From NCBI GenBank assembly GCA_045863235.1, contig BTUM01000016.1, forward strand, positions 1 to 64,000: DNA of 64,000 bases, read 5' to 3'. This document shows positions 8,792-17,234 of the stretch, piece by piece; positions within the stretch are counted from its first letter, which is position 1, and each line of letters begins with the position of its first letter. Made by a program: the position numbers and the translations under genes. A model generated the notes under the pieces. That model saw nothing but the letters and a program-made list of their open reading frames with translations. It ran no database searches and was not told where the DNA came from. The DNA comes from Candidatus Xenobia bacterium. Lineage in GTDB: Bacteria; Vulcanimicrobiota; Xenobia; Xenobiales; QWHO01.

Positions 8792-10180
8792 CTACGAAGC
8801 CAGGATGTCGCGGGCCGCGTCGCGACCGGTCAGGTAGGCGCCGGTCACGGTGGCGGCCCAGCGAGCGTGGGCGGCCTCGCCTGCGAAGTGGATGGGGCCC
8901 ACCGGACGGCTCAGCTTCTCGCGCGCCTCCTGATAGCCCGGGGCGGCCACGGAGTAAGATCCGCGCGCCCAGGGGTCGAGGTCCCACCGGGTCACGGTCG
9001 AGCCAATCGGCTTCAGCTCGGGCCCGAACACCTTCTGCAGGCGGGTGAGCGCGAAGTCGATCATGGCCTGGGGGCCCTGATGCTGGAGCTCCAGCGCTTT
9101 GTCGCCGCCAACGAACCCTACCACCTGGTTGGCACCGCCCGGATGGAGCACGAACTCGATCGGCTCGTCCTTGAGATTCAGGAAGGCGCCTGGCTCGATA
9201 TTCGAGGCCACCGGGGCGGCGAAGACAAGGGCGATCTTGTTGAAATGCCCCATGGGCAGGTGGTTGATGGTCTCGACCTTCTCCTTGGGCAGCGGCGGGT
9301 CGAAGGTGATGGCCCCGCTCTGCAGCACGCCGGTCGGCACCGTGATGACCAGGTGCCGGGCGCGATAGGTCTTGCCGCCGGCGGTCACCTCCACCCCGTC
9401 CTGGCCCCACCTGACATGGGTGGCAGGCGTGGATAGCTCGATGGGAATCCCGTGGCTGTGCGCCTCCACCAGCTGCGACATCCCCTGAGGGAGGGTCTGG
9501 TCGGTCTCCTCTCCTGCCGTGACCGCGAAGTCGCGACTGGAAACCTGGCCCAGCTCCAGTGCCATGTCGTGAGGCCCCAGGCTCTGCCCGGCGGTCCAGC
9601 TCCACTTGCCCTCCCCGGTTCCGAGCTGGCTCAAAGGCACGTCCAGGCCGGACTGCCCGGCCCTGGCCCAGCGCTCGTAGAGCGCGTCCCTCACCTCAGA
9701 GAACTCCTTACCCGCCCGGACCAGGTCGGATGAGCCGTCGTAGGCCAGCTCGCTGCGGGCGTCCGGGCGCAGCTCCAGCCCCAGGTCGCGGGCGATCTGC
9801 ACCAGGGGATTCGGATTGTCGGGGTCCTGGTGCAACCAGTAGGCGCCATGCTCGAACCCGGTGGGGTCGGTGTAGACCCGGCCTCCGATTCGGTCGCGCG
9901 CCTCCAGCACCGTGACCGAGCGCCCGCCGGCTGTCAGCTCGTGAGCAGCGGCCAGCCCGGCCATCCCTGCTCCGATGACGAGCACGTCGGGATTCTGGCT
10001 GGGAACCCGGGGAGGGTCGGCCCGATGGGCCAGGACTTCCCTCAAGGTGAGCTGGCCGTGCAGCAGCCGGTCGCGCTCGTCCGCTTCCAGTCGATCGGCC
10101 AGGCGCGGGAAGTCTGGCCCCAGCTCACGCTTGAGGCGGGTGTAGCTCATGGGGCTCGCGCTCACGGCCTGGACCAGCAT
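8792..10180 (-). CDS. Flavin monoamine oxidase family FAD-dependent oxidoreductase with ~60 aa N-terminal extension
   Basis: VIGAGMAGLAAA..VLEARDRIGGR, VITVPTGVL, RWDLDPWARGSYS, HFAGEA, TVTGAYLTG. Confidence 0.9.
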   Translation of the reverse strand: MLVQAVSASPMSYTRLKRELGPDFPRLADRLEADERDRLLHGQLTLREVLAHRADPPRVPSQNPDVLVIGAGMAGLAAAHELTAGGRSVTVLEARDRIGGRVYTDPTGFEHGAYWLHQDPDNPNPLVQIARDLGLELRPDARSELAYDGSSDLVRAGKEFSEVRDALYERWARAGQSGLDVPLSQLGTGEGKWSWTAGQSLGPHDMALELGQVSSRDFAVTAGEETDQTLPQGMSQLVEAHSHGIPIELSTPATHVRWGQDGVEVTAGGKTYRARHLVITVPTGVLQSGAITFDPPLPKEKVETINHLPMGHFNKIALVFAAPVASNIEPGAFLNLKDEPIEFVLHPGGANQVVGFVGGDKALELQHQGPQAMIDFALTRLQKVFGPELKPIGSTVTRWDLDPWARGSYSVAAPGYQEAREKLSRPVGPIHFAGEAAHARWAATVTGAYLTGRDAARDILAS

Positions 10181-10186
10181 GGCGAG

Positions 10187-10238
10187 AGATTAGACCAGTC
10201 GCTTTCGCCGGCCAAGATCGAGCTTGTTACTTTGTTAC
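10187..10238 (-). promoter_or_regulatory. Promoter with upstream GTAAC repeats for the amine oxidase
   Basis: Minus strand GTAAC-aaa-GTAAC, TTGGCC-N17-TAATCT, 6 nt to ATG 10180. Confidence 0.5.
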
Positions 10239-10291
10239 CAGCACCAGCATGGGCAGCGAAAGGTTCATCTCCAAACCAAAGCGAATCATGC

Positions 10292-13282
10292 ATGGTGCGC
10301 GAGATCACCTCGGTCGCCAGCCTGCCCATCGCTTCCCAGTCCACCCCCACGCGCCGCGAGGCCGGGCCCTCCGACCCCGCCGATACCGCCCAATTGGGTC
10401 AGCCGCGGCGATTCAGGGTGCCGGTCCTGGGCAAGCTGGTCCAGTTGGTGCGCACTCTCTCCCAAGCCACCGGCCAGAGCCCCGGCGAGACCGTCAGCCA
10501 GACGCTCGTCCCCATGCTGGGGGTGGCGCTGGCCTCGGCGGTGCTGCCCCAGCGAGCCCTCAAGCTGGCCCAGCGCCAGGCTCCGGAGGCATTCCAATCG
10601 CTGACCGGCGCCGTCGTCAAGCTGGCCAACGGGCCGGTCGAGAAAGACCTGGGCCTGAACCTGCATGGCGCCCTGGAGGCTGCTTCCTTCCTGGACGCCC
10701 ACCTGGCCCCGCGCAACGGCGAGCCTTCCCCCCTGATGGCCAGCCTGGCGCACGGGGGGCCGTGCCTGATCTACCTGGGTCCCGAGCGGGCCCAGGAGGC
10801 ACAGTTGTTGCAGACCATTGTTCCCGCCATGGTCAAAAACCCGGAGGTGGTCCCCCCGGTGATCCCGCCCGACCTCGCTCCAGCCTACAAGCACGTCATG
10901 GACCAGGTCCGTCGGGGCGAACTCGGGGTCTACATCGACCTGGACGGCGATCCCTCCAGGCAGACTCCCACCGAGATGATCGCCGGCGAAATGGCGTCTT
11001 CCCTCATGCAGCGGAAGAACGAGCTCGGCTCGGCTCCCAGCGATCCTCGAGACTTCTTGCGCGAGACGGTGACCAACCTGCGCGGGGCCCAGGTGCAGGG
11101 CGACTGGCTGCGCCAGCACGACCCCACCGCTCACTCGCGGCTCACCACCATCAAGCGCTCGCTCACCCCTCCCTGGCGTGAGCATGGCGCCGAGGCCGCT
11201 CCGCTGGGCTGGCGTACCCCTCCGGATAAGGTCGACCTGGCCTACGAAACGCTCATGGCTTGCGGCAGCCACGCCGAGTCAGGCCGGCTGGCCGACCTGG
11301 TCGTCAATCTTTCCCTCGACAGCGTGACCGGCGGGCAGTCCTACTGGACCCGATTCCTGCGCGACATCGGACCGGAGCGGCGCTCCAAGGTGCTCGAACT
11401 GGTGGCCCGGGCCTGGGTCGACCTCAACCGCGCCCCTGTCGGCCCCGTGGTCTCTCGCGAACTGCTCGGCAAGACGGACGAGACTCCCGCCCTGCCGGCC
11501 TACGACTCCCGGGCGGGCAAGGAATTCTCCGACGCCTACGAGAGGGGGCCGTATCTCACCCGGGTGATCGACCGAACCCTGAACGGGTTGGGTCCCGATC
11601 AACGGCCTCGCTTTCTCGCCCAGTTGCGCGACGAGGTGCAGGCTCAGAGCGGAGCCGTGCGTGAGCGGGAACGCGAGTTGCACAAACTGTTCTCCTACCC
11701 CGGTCTGCCCTGGACCGATCTGATGCTGGGCCGTGTCGACGCTTCCCATCCCGATGTGGAAAGTGGCCTGGAAAGCCTGCGGGCTCTGGAGAAGACCCTG
11801 AGACCGCACGCCGGGATGTCGGCCGACTGGGCCCCTCGCCGGGCCCTGGTGTTGCGCCACCTGGCCCTGGCCGAGTGGCTGGCGGGCGCCAGCAGCCGCT
11901 ACGGCGATCCTCAGTTCCAGCTCCCCTCGCAGGACAAGAGCCGTGCCTACGGTGTCGGCCAGTTCTTCGACGCCCCGGAGACCCGCTTCGTGGACGCCTC
12001 CACCCCGGTCACCGGCCGGACGCTGGGCCCGGTCGAGGCCCCCCGAGAGGTGCGCGCCTCCATCGTGCTCGAGGGCGGCGGGGGCAAGGGATTCTGCTTC
12101 CCCGAGTGCATCGAGGCCCTGAGCGAGCAGCTCGCAGCCGGGCCCGCAAAGGTCGTGGTAGACGAATTCGTAGGCACCTCGGCCGGGGCCCTGACCGCCT
12201 TGCTGCTGGCGGCCGGCCTTCACGGCCAGGAGCTGCGCGACATCATGACCCGGCTCGATTTCATGAAGTTCAACGGCGACTTTCTCAACCTGCAGAGCGC
12301 CCACGACCCGAAAGTACGCGGCCTCGACCGCACCGGGCTCTTCTCCATGCAAGAGATGCACCGCACCCTGCAGCAAGTGCTGGCCGACAAGCTGGGCATC
12401 CATGATCGACCCATCACCTTCAAGGACCTGCCCTTCAAGCTGCGCCTGACGGGCACCGTGCAGGCTACCAACCTGCCTCAGGACGACCCGCTGCGCAAGC
12501 TGATCGCGCCTGACGGCAGCATCGTCTTCAACCGCGAGGACACGCCCGACTTCGACGTGGTGGGATGCGCCCTGGGCTCGGCCTCGTTCCCACTCTTTTT
12601 TGACTCGCCTCAGCTGCATATCGCCCGCGGCTCGCAGGTCTACTGGATGCAGCTTTTGGATGGCGGGGTCACCAACAACCTGCCCCTGGCCCGGGCCAGC
12701 CGCGAGGAGGACTCGCTCCTGGTCGTGCTGCCGGCCCACTACCAGGTGAGCGAGGCCCAGCTCTCCACCCTCTCCTTCGACAACTCCGGGGTCGAGCCGA
12801 TCGACCGCTTCAACCGCCAGCAATATCAAGAGCAACTGGCCTCGCTGAGCCAATTCATCGAGCAGGCGGGAGCCGGCCGAGTCGTCTTCGGGCTCAACCT
12901 GACCACCCCGGAAGAGCAATCGAAGCCGGTGGTGCAGGGCACCGACCGCCAGCGGACCTCGCAGTTCCTGGAAGTGGCCCGGCAGGCCGGGCTGGAGACC
13001 TACGCCGCCGAGGAGGGAGCCGCGGTGGTGGATTCCCAGCTCCGCCGCCCCTCAGGGGCGCTGGCCAAGCTGGCCACCAACGCCCTGGTGGACGTGGGCG
13101 GCTCGCAAGGCCAGCTGCAGTTGAGCGGTTTGAGGCTGTTGAGCGGTTTGAGGCTGGGCGCCACCTACCGGGTGCGCAGCCGGCCGGCGGTGGGCTACGA
13201 GGAAGTCCTGGCCACCGCCGCCAGCGCCATGACCGCCTCGGGCGACCGCTTCCAGGAGGCCCGCTTCGAGCGTCCACAGTGA
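10292..13282 (+). CDS. Patatin-like phospholipase with ~590 aa uncharacterised N-terminal region
   Basis: VLEGGGGKG, GTSAGA nucleophile elbow, SASFP, LLDGGVTNNLP; start at ATG 10292 because the upstream part of the ORF overlaps the antisense oxidase. Confidence 0.85.
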   Translation: MVREITSVASLPIASQSTPTRREAGPSDPADTAQLGQPRRFRVPVLGKLVQLVRTLSQATGQSPGETVSQTLVPMLGVALASAVLPQRALKLAQRQAPEAFQSLTGAVVKLANGPVEKDLGLNLHGALEAASFLDAHLAPRNGEPSPLMASLAHGGPCLIYLGPERAQEAQLLQTIVPAMVKNPEVVPPVIPPDLAPAYKHVMDQVRRGELGVYIDLDGDPSRQTPTEMIAGEMASSLMQRKNELGSAPSDPRDFLRETVTNLRGAQVQGDWLRQHDPTAHSRLTTIKRSLTPPWREHGAEAAPLGWRTPPDKVDLAYETLMACGSHAESGRLADLVVNLSLDSVTGGQSYWTRFLRDIGPERRSKVLELVARAWVDLNRAPVGPVVSRELLGKTDETPALPAYDSRAGKEFSDAYERGPYLTRVIDRTLNGLGPDQRPRFLAQLRDEVQAQSGAVRERERELHKLFSYPGLPWTDLMLGRVDASHPDVESGLESLRALEKTLRPHAGMSADWAPRRALVLRHLALAEWLAGASSRYGDPQFQLPSQDKSRAYGVGQFFDAPETRFVDASTPVTGRTLGPVEAPREVRASIVLEGGGGKGFCFPECIEALSEQLAAGPAKVVVDEFVGTSAGALTALLLAAGLHGQELRDIMTRLDFMKFNGDFLNLQSAHDPKVRGLDRTGLFSMQEMHRTLQQVLADKLGIHDRPITFKDLPFKLRLTGTVQATNLPQDDPLRKLIAPDGSIVFNREDTPDFDVVGCALGSASFPLFFDSPQLHIARGSQVYWMQLLDGGVTNNLPLARASREEDSLLVVLPAHYQVSEAQLSTLSFDNSGVEPIDRFNRQQYQEQLASLSQFIEQAGAGRVVFGLNLTTPEEQSKPVVQGTDRQRTSQFLEVARQAGLETYAAEEGAAVVDSQLRRPSGALAKLATNALVDVGGSQGQLQLSGLRLLSGLRLGATYRVRSRPAVGYEEVLATAASAMTASGDRFQEARFERPQ
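13121..13156 (+). repeat. Perfect 18-bp tandem duplication inside the patatin gene
   Basis: TTGAGCGGTTTGAGGCTG x2, encoding LSGLRL-LSGLRL. Confidence 0.9.
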
Positions 13283-13364
13283 TCTAAACCTGCATCCTGT
13301 CAGGACATCTTGACCTGCAGAATGAGTAAGGGATACTCTCCAAGAATTCCAGGGGGAAACCACC

Positions 13365-13886
13365 GTGCGCACGAATCTGATTCTCGGGGCAGTCTTCCTG
13401 GCCCTGATCGCTCTGGGTGGCTGGTATCTCAGCCCGCGGCCCCGGAGGTTGGCCTCCCCCACCAGCCAGCGAGATTTCACGGTGTGTACCATGAGCCTTT
13501 CAGAGGCCTCAGATGCCGTGCGTGACCGATTCGGGTCCTTCTCGCAGGCGGCCAGCCAGTACCAAGACTGGCCGAGTTGGGTTCTCACCGGTTACGGCGG
13601 CACCGAGAAGATTGTCTTCACGGGGCAAGAGAGCAGCGACGTCTATCAGGTATCGATCGTGGTGGGCCCCAACCTCGAGGAGAACGGGAGGTTGATTCTC
13701 AGGAGCGGAGACAACCTGAAGCTGGCCCGCCAGGTTCTTGGAGACCCGGAAACGTCCACCAAGCGGCAACCTCCCAAGCGTCCCCACGATGGGTGGCACT
13801 ATCGTACCCGCTCGGGCCATCTGACCCTGTGGCTCAGTCAGGACGTCATCAAAATGATCGCCCTCAGCAAGGAGGCCCAGGAATGA
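13365..13886 (+). CDS. Hypothetical membrane-anchored protein
   Basis: N-terminal TM segment (LILGAVFLALIALGGWYL); GTG start after AGGGGG; ATGA overlap with the next gene. Confidence 0.7.
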   Translation: MRTNLILGAVFLALIALGGWYLSPRPRRLASPTSQRDFTVCTMSLSEASDAVRDRFGSFSQAASQYQDWPSWVLTGYGGTEKIVFTGQESSDVYQVSIVVGPNLEENGRLILRSGDNLKLARQVLGDPETSTKRQPPKRPHDGWHYRTRSGHLTLWLSQDVIKMIALSKEAQE

Positions 13887-16288
13887 GAGCCTTGCTCCTA
13901 CCAGTCGCGTGGCTTCTCCTCTCGACGGCCTGCACGACGCCTCCCGAGCCGGAAGCCTCGGCCTCCCCGCCGCCGCCCACCCCCGTCAAGCAAGTGACTC
14001 CCACCCGACCTGACGCGAAATTGGTCGAGGCGATCCTCCAGGGCCAGGGCTACCCGAGCGAGTGGACGCGGCAGAGGGTCATCCATATCAGGATGGTCGA
14101 GATGTTCGCCCGGGAGGAATATCAAGGCCTGGAGAACCTGGCCAACCACCTGCGAGAGCGGCCGCCCGAGCCCGTGATCGCCAACTTTAGCCCCCTCGGC
14201 GTCCTCTACGACGCCCTCATCGACCGCGACCGCATCCCCTTTGGCTGGGGTGGGTCCGCCTACCGTTATCGCCGGTGGCTCAAGAAACGTCCTGAATCGG
14301 ACGTGGCCCGCCATGGATACTGCCGGCTCATCACCACCGCTCTGATGCTGCGCAAGTCCAATCCCGCCGATACCTCCACCGACAGCCTGGGCCCAACCGA
14401 CCAGGCGGGCCAGTTAGCGGACATGTTGGTCGGTCAGGTTGGGCGCAAAGATGCCGTCCTGCTCGATACCAAGCTATTGATTGGCGCGGTGAAGGACAAT
14501 CACGGCAGCCAGCTCGAGCTGGCAACGGGGATGTTCAACCAGGCCCACCAGCTCGACCCCGCCTTCACGGAGCCTTACCTGATGATGACCACCTACCTGG
14601 CCACACAGGAGTTGCCTCGAAACGCTTGGTGCGCCAGCCTGGAGACCCGCCCGGAGGAGTACGCGCAAGCTTTCATGACCGTTAAGCTCACCTACAACAG
14701 GGTTCCCAGCCCCTTCATCTACAAGGAGTTCCTGTACCCCAAGCTCAAGCCAGCCCTGCTCGAGCTCCAGAAGAAGCGTCCCAACTCGCTGTATCTGGCC
14801 AACATCATCGCCTGGACGGCCGGGCTCACCAAAGACTACGAGTTGGCTCGCGAGCAACTGCGCAAGATCGGGCGCTCACCCGACCCGGACGTGTTCAAGT
14901 CGACCAGTGAGTTCATGAAGCTTCGGGGGATGGCCGGGGTATCCGAGCCCGACCAGACTCTGCCCAGCGTGATTCCGGTAGGTTGGGAGCGAGAATACTT
15001 CCCACCTCCCAACAGTCCGGACGTCCTTCCCTACCAGTGGGTCGGCTTGCTGCGCCAGCACCGCTTCCTGGAGTTGGAGGAGTTGGCCAGGGCCTATCGC
15101 AAGACTCCGGACGTCCTGCACGACTTCTACGCCTCGCTAGGCGACTTTGAAACCGAGAGTCAGCCCGAGCAGGAGTCGCGCCGCGACGACCTCGAGGCCT
15201 GGACAACCGAGCGCCCGGACTCGTCCGAGGCCCGATTGGCCCTGGCCCAATACTGGATCCACATTGGCTGGAAAGCCCGTGGGGGGGGCTACGCCAACAC
15301 GGTCTCTCGCCAGGCCGCCAAGCTTTTTCAGGAACGCTTGGACAGAGCCAGTAAAGCGATCGAGGAGGCCAGCGAGCAGGGCAACAAAGACCTGGCCCTC
15401 GAGCTAACGCGCATCAGCCTCTACCAGGGTATGGGAGAGCCGGCCGAGATCGTCAAGGCGTTCAAGCGGGCCACCGAAGGCTATCCCGATCGCCTGGAGC
15501 CCTACCTGTTCATGGTCATTCCCCTCTTGCCCCGCTGGTACGGTGAGCCCGGCGACCTGCGCGAGCTTTCCGACGAGGCCGTCAAAGCCACTCGCAAGAG
15601 CTTCGGACAGGGGGCGGCGGCAGTGGTCGGCCTGAATGCGATGGAATCTGAAGGTCGCCAGCTGATGGACCCAACCACGCCGGGTCACCTCGACTGGAGA
15701 CAGGTGGTGCAGGGAATGGCTGATCTGGAGGCGCGCGGCAAAGCCACCTCCGAGCTTAGGAACCAGTATTTTTTCCGGGCCGTCCAGCTGAAGGACCGCG
15801 CCGCAGCAGCCCGAGCGGTCGAGAAGGTCGACCCCGAGAGCTACTCGCTCGCTCACTGGGGCACTCGCGAGCAATTCGAGGCCGCCCGCGCCTGGGCCCG
15901 AGGCCAGGGCCCCTGGCGCGAAGCCCCGACCGCTCTCGAATTGGTGAGCTCAGGTCTGGTGGATGCAAAGACGGATGAGGTCACCAACGTGAAAGTCGTG
16001 CCCTGCAAGAAGGGGAGTCAGATGGGCGTGGCTTTCCGGTTCAAGGGAGACCCGGTTCGGCCGATCGGGCTCATCTCGACCTGGTCGTTCCCCCGAATGA
16101 ATCACCCCCAACAAGGACCGAGCACCCAGTTGCAGAGCCGGATCACTTGCTTCCCCGACGAGGGACCGATCTTTCACGACATCTTCGCGCTGGAGTATCC
16201 TTACGAACTGGTAAAGGGCAACTGGGAGGTGGAGTTGACCGACCTGCACGGCGAGGTGCTGCTGCGCGAGCGTTACCAGGTCAAATAG
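13883..16288 (+). CDS. Lipoprotein with tandem DUF4034-like helical modules and a C-terminal DUF3859-like domain
   Basis: Lipobox LSTAC; WKARGGGYANTVS and LLPRWYG signatures; C-terminal VPCKKG..GVAFRF..FALEYPYELVKGNW. Confidence 0.7.
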   Translation: MRALLLPVAWLLLSTACTTPPEPEASASPPPPTPVKQVTPTRPDAKLVEAILQGQGYPSEWTRQRVIHIRMVEMFAREEYQGLENLANHLRERPPEPVIANFSPLGVLYDALIDRDRIPFGWGGSAYRYRRWLKKRPESDVARHGYCRLITTALMLRKSNPADTSTDSLGPTDQAGQLADMLVGQVGRKDAVLLDTKLLIGAVKDNHGSQLELATGMFNQAHQLDPAFTEPYLMMTTYLATQELPRNAWCASLETRPEEYAQAFMTVKLTYNRVPSPFIYKEFLYPKLKPALLELQKKRPNSLYLANIIAWTAGLTKDYELAREQLRKIGRSPDPDVFKSTSEFMKLRGMAGVSEPDQTLPSVIPVGWEREYFPPPNSPDVLPYQWVGLLRQHRFLELEELARAYRKTPDVLHDFYASLGDFETESQPEQESRRDDLEAWTTERPDSSEARLALAQYWIHIGWKARGGGYANTVSRQAAKLFQERLDRASKAIEEASEQGNKDLALELTRISLYQGMGEPAEIVKAFKRATEGYPDRLEPYLFMVIPLLPRWYGEPGDLRELSDEAVKATRKSFGQGAAAVVGLNAMESEGRQLMDPTTPGHLDWRQVVQGMADLEARGKATSELRNQYFFRAVQLKDRAAAARAVEKVDPESYSLAHWGTREQFEAARAWARGQGPWREAPTALELVSSGLVDAKTDEVTNVKVVPCKKGSQMGVAFRFKGDPVRPIGLISTWSFPRMNHPQQGPSTQLQSRITCFPDEGPIFHDIFALEYPYELVKGNWEVELTDLHGEVLLRERYQVK

Positions 16289-16296
16289 CGTCCCGG

Positions 16297-16314
16297 GGGA
16301 TCCTCCAGGATCCC
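16297..16314. other. Palindrome (hairpin or operator) between the DUF4034 gene and the pilin cassette
   Basis: GGGATCCT-CC-AGGATCCC; TATAAT follows at 16342-16347. Confidence 0.4.
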
Positions 16315-16379
16315 AAGGGTGACTCGAGCACCTTTTCAGGTTATAATGTTGCCAGAATGTAAACGCACTGGAGCGGATT

Positions 16380-17234
16380 CTGGGCAAGTTTACCTACCGA
16401 GCTTTGGACCAGCAGGGTCGAATCCGAAGCGGCACGTTAGAGGCCGCCGATCGGGCTGAGGCCCTGTCTGTGCTTCAGACACTGGGACTGAAGGCCGAGC
16501 GGCTCGACTCGGTGGGCCCCTCGAGCAGCCCGGCCCCCTCCGGGTCGCCCGGAGAGAAACTGCGGGCCCCGGTGGGCGCTCCTCAGAGCAGTCCAAGCAC
16601 GAGCCCCCCACGCCCGGCGGCGGCGCCGCACGGAGTCGGCCGAGCACCCGCCAGGGAACCGGCAGCTCCCCGGCCCTCTGGCTCGGCCGCGAGGTCCCGT
16701 TTCGTGATCGTAGGCCTCCTGATCGCGCTGGGAGTCATGTGGCAATTGCCCGGGCTGCTCAAGCGCCCCGCTCCGGCAGCCCCTCCCCCGCCTCCTCTCT
16801 CGCACCACCAGGTTACCGTCAGCGGTCGGCTGAGCCTGGCGCCCGAGGTCGGCGGTAGCCTGGAGAGCACCCGGGTCGTCTTTCACTTCCCCGAGCTGAC
16901 CCTGGACCTCGAGAAACCCGTCAGTGAGCTAAACCTGCAGCCCGATGGCAGCTTCACCGCCACCCTCACCCTGGAGGCCAGTCAGGCCCCCCGGCGCGTC
17001 AGCCTCACCGCCCGCCGGCCTGGCTGTCAGGACATCACCTTGAGCGAGGTCGACCTGGCCGGCGGGCAGGTCACCACCCCGGTTCTGGCCCTGAGACCTT
17101 TGAAACGACTGGCGTCCGAGCCACCGGAGCGACGACCGAAGGTGGCTCGCGATGAGCAGCGCAGGGGGAAGGCCCACCAGAAAATGCTCGAGGTCCACAG
17201 GGAGCGCAAGAAGGGAGGCTCTCCACGCCGATGA
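16380..17234 (+). CDS. Bitopic protein with PilC/GspF-like N-terminal domain, Pro-rich linker, one TM and a beta-rich exported domain
   Basis: KFTYRALDQQGRIRSGTLEAADRAEALSVLQTLGL resembles the GspF/PilC N-terminus; probable CTG start 16380 after GGAG. Confidence 0.7.
   Translation: MGKFTYRALDQQGRIRSGTLEAADRAEALSVLQTLGLKAERLDSVGPSSSPAPSGSPGEKLRAPVGAPQSSPSTSPPRPAAAPHGVGRAPAREPAAPRPSGSAARSRFVIVGLLIALGVMWQLPGLLKRPAPAAPPPPPLSHHQVTVSGRLSLAPEVGGSLESTRVVFHFPELTLDLEKPVSELNLQPDGSFTATLTLEASQAPRRVSLTARRPGCQDITLSEVDLAGGQVTTPVLALRPLKRLASEPPERRPKVARDEQRRGKAHQKMLEVHRERKKGGSPRR

Noticed and set aside
9830..10291. N-terminal extensions of ORF-track calls (also 4723, 13577, 29147, 30192, 43917, 44723, 45919, 49161, 54072, 54138)
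   Set aside because: They overlap neighbouring genes; internal starts with an RBS, stop/start overlap or signal peptide fit better
13285..13345. Upstream of 13365 as another member of the phased-repeat regulon
   Set aside because: The ACCTGCA repeats are about 26 nt apart and not in phase with the -10 candidate; a plain TTGACC -35 explains the region
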